A DNA stretch of 28,442 nt from assembly GCA_903921295.1 (NCBI GenBank), contig CAIXOZ010000076.1, positions 1 through 28,442 on the forward strand, in the 5' to 3' direction. The position numbers were made by a program, and so were the translations under genes. Every line of letters begins with the position of its first letter. Within the stretch, counting starts at the first letter, position 1. Under the pieces are notes generated by a model. It saw only the letters and a program-made list of their open reading frames with translations, did not search any database and was not told where the DNA came from. This DNA is from an uncultured cyanobacterium. Its GTDB lineage: Bacteria > Cyanobacteriota > Cyanobacteriia > PCC-6307 > Cyanobiaceae. Of this stretch, positions 26,566 to 28,442 are shown piece by piece.

Positions 26566-28206
26566 TCAAACACCGCAGCGCAGGTGCTCAAACAGGTGTC
26601 CGCCGGCGCTGCCCTGCTCAAGTCTGCGGCAGTCCTGACGCGGCAACACCAGCGGGCTGGTGCCGTGGGCGTTGATCAGCCAGAGGTCAAAGCGGCCGCT
26701 CAGGCCAGCAAGGGCGGCCAGGCCAGGAGGCGTGGCATGGCCGTCGCCGATCAACAGCAGCCAGCGGGGATCCATCCCACCCCTCCGCCAGCGTCCCGGA
26801 GGGCTGCCATGCCCATGCCAGGCAACGCTCAGAGCCTCGTAACCGACCAGCGGCCTGCCCGCGTTCACGACGCGCTCGTTGAAGGCCAGCACGATCGGCT
26901 CCCTTGAATCGGCCGCCACCTTGATCATCAGCAGTTCGGGGTTGTAGCTGGCCGGTAGGGCCACTCCAGCCGCCACGCCGAAGCTGCAGAGCAGGCTGCA
27001 GCTCATCAGCACAACGACCAGCCGCTGCCGGCCCCGCCCCCAGGCCTGGTCGCAGGCCACGGCCAGCAGTGCCAGCACCCCCGGCAGGTACAGGAAGCCG
27101 TAGCGGAGGGCTCGGCTCATGTCCTTGCCGGTGAGCCCCGAGAAGACCAGCAGCCCGAGCGCGCTGCAGAGGGTGAACAGCAGCGGCAGGGAGGGCGGCC
27201 GCCGGGCGCCGTGCAGAAGGACCCCAAGGCTGATCAGGCCGATCAGGGTGCCGAGGCCCGCCAGGGCGATGAACAGCAGCTGCCAGCCGGCACTGAAGGT
27301 GGTGCCGGGAGCCAGCACACCGCAGAGCGCCGTGAGCAGCATCTTCAGCACGATCAGCAGCCATTCCAGCGGCTGCTGGCGGTCGAAATTCAGCCAGGTG
27401 GTGTGATCGACAGCGCCGCCACTGCCTTTCACCAGCAGCCAGAGCCCAGCCAGCAGCAGCGAGGTCATGGGGGGCACCAGGCTGTGCAGCCTGGTGCCCC
27501 GGGCCAGCCGGGTTCGCCACGCCAGCAGGGCGAGGCAGAGCAGCTGGGCGGCGATGCTCACCACCACCAGATGGTGGCTGAGGACCCCGAGCAGGTTGGC
27601 GCTGATCCAACCCAGGGCCGGCCAGAGGCCGAGGCTGCGGCCTTGTTGCAGCTCCCGCCAGCTGCAGGCCAGGCCCCAGAAGGCTGCGCACACGCAGGCC
27701 ATCGCCAGGGCATAGTGGCGGGCCTCGAGCCCCATCGAGACCGCCAACGGCGAGATGGCGATCCAGAGTCCCCCCAGCCGGGCGGCCCGGCGGCTGCCGG
27801 TGGCCACCAGGATCGCCTGGTGCAGCAGCGGCACTGCGAGGCTGCCGAGCAGCACCGCCGGCCAGCGGCTGCTCAGCGGCGTCAGCACGGTGCCATCAGC
27901 CTGCAGCAGGTGCCCTGCAAGGGCGGTGATCGCAAAGTGCAGCGGCGGGTGATTGTCCTCCCGGTGCAGGGCCGCAAGCCCTGCGAACCAGGGGTTGGCG
28001 TGCTCGATGCGCAGGGCCGCCAGAAACTGCTCCAGCGGCACCAGGGTGTTGATCGGCGTCTGCCAGCTGCTGTGGCCGCTGCTGAAAATGGCGCTGGCGG
28101 CCTCGTCCACCCACACGGGCCTCAGCAGGGCGCCCAGCAGCCGCAGACCGGTGGCGATCAGCAGGATGAGAACCAAGGCGTTCACCGGCAGGCCCCGTTG
28201 GTTCAA
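26566..28206 (-). CDS. Multi-pass membrane glycosyltransferase, GT-C fold (GT39/PMT-like)
   Basis: N-terminal TM then WVDEAAS, EDNHPPLHF, ISPLAVSMGLEARHYAL; many TM segments. Confidence 0.75.
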   Translation of the reverse strand: MNQRGLPVNALVLILLIATGLRLLGALLRPVWVDEAASAIFSSGHSSWQTPINTLVPLEQFLAALRIEHANPWFAGLAALHREDNHPPLHFAITALAGHLLQADGTVLTPLSSRWPAVLLGSLAVPLLHQAILVATGSRRAARLGGLWIAISPLAVSMGLEARHYALAMACVCAAFWGLACSWRELQQGRSLGLWPALGWISANLLGVLSHHLVVVSIAAQLLCLALLAWRTRLARGTRLHSLVPPMTSLLLAGLWLLVKGSGGAVDHTTWLNFDRQQPLEWLLIVLKMLLTALCGVLAPGTTFSAGWQLLFIALAGLGTLIGLISLGVLLHGARRPPSLPLLFTLCSALGLLVFSGLTGKDMSRALRYGFLYLPGVLALLAVACDQAWGRGRQRLVVVLMSCSLLCSFGVAAGVALPASYNPELLMIKVAADSREPIVLAFNERVVNAGRPLVGYEALSVAWHGHGSPPGRWRRGGMDPRWLLLIGDGHATPPGLAALAGLSGRFDLWLINAHGTSPLVLPRQDCRRLEQGSAGGHLFEHLRCGV

Positions 28207-28442
28207 CCATCCAACCTGAGGGTGGCGCCCCTAGGATCAGCGCGTTCTGTCAGCAGTGACGTGGTTGGAAGCTTGCTTCCGGCCGCAGGCGTCGCCGGCT
28301 GGCGTTATCCCCCACAGGAGGAGGTGCCCGTGAGTTCCAGTTGTTCGATGCAGGGTCTGCTGATCGCGGAGAACGCCGGCTGATTGCGGCGCCTGATCCC
28401 TGATCAAACGGTTCCGTGACAGTTGCGGACCCGGCGAGAGCC

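Noticed and set aside
28405-28442. Minus-strand GGTCCGCAACTGTCA resembling part of a cobalamin riboswitch core
   Set aside because: The GGGAA/GGTG elements would lie outside the window, the downstream conserved elements are not evident, and the following gene is not B12-related.
1-28442. CRISPR array, tRNA/rRNA genes, transposase or integrase
   Set aside because: By eye, no regularly spaced repeat-spacer series, no tRNA cloverleaf or T-loop context, and no DDE or tyrosine-recombinase motifs.

Overview
High-GC picocyanobacterial (Cyanobium/Synechococcus-like) chromosome, inferred from photosynthesis genes with picocyanobacterial-type sequences. Most of it is core genome: cysS, dxr, a thioredoxin-like 2Fe-2S ferredoxin, split pntAa/pntAb/pntB, an NTRC-type thioredoxin reductase, infA, a pseudouridine synthase, ycf39, petM (missed by the ORF track), a Trm1-like methyltransferase, ilvH, a cyclophilin, ycf4 and psbD. 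The left edge is the tail of a lower-GC accessory block (HlyD-type type I secretion adaptor, small DUF6447-like ORF, AraC regulator). I found no CRISPR array, rRNA, tRNA or transposase. Most notable observations: (1) the ycf4-linked psbD is not followed by psbC; it has lost the overlapping psbC GTG start and ends in a terminator, suggesting recombination between psbD copies or an assembly chimera. (2) An ACS-type MFS transporter and the small gene upstream share a degenerate 24-bp 3' end (QPxADQG*). (3) The infA 3' end carries an exact 20-bp duplication. (4) A hairpin-dense ACCGGT-repeat element lies between ilvH and the cyclophilin gene. (5) There is an unannotated 29-aa hydrophobic ORF. I cannot claim a clearly new multi-gene system from this sequence alone. 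All family calls are from motif recognition, not database searches.
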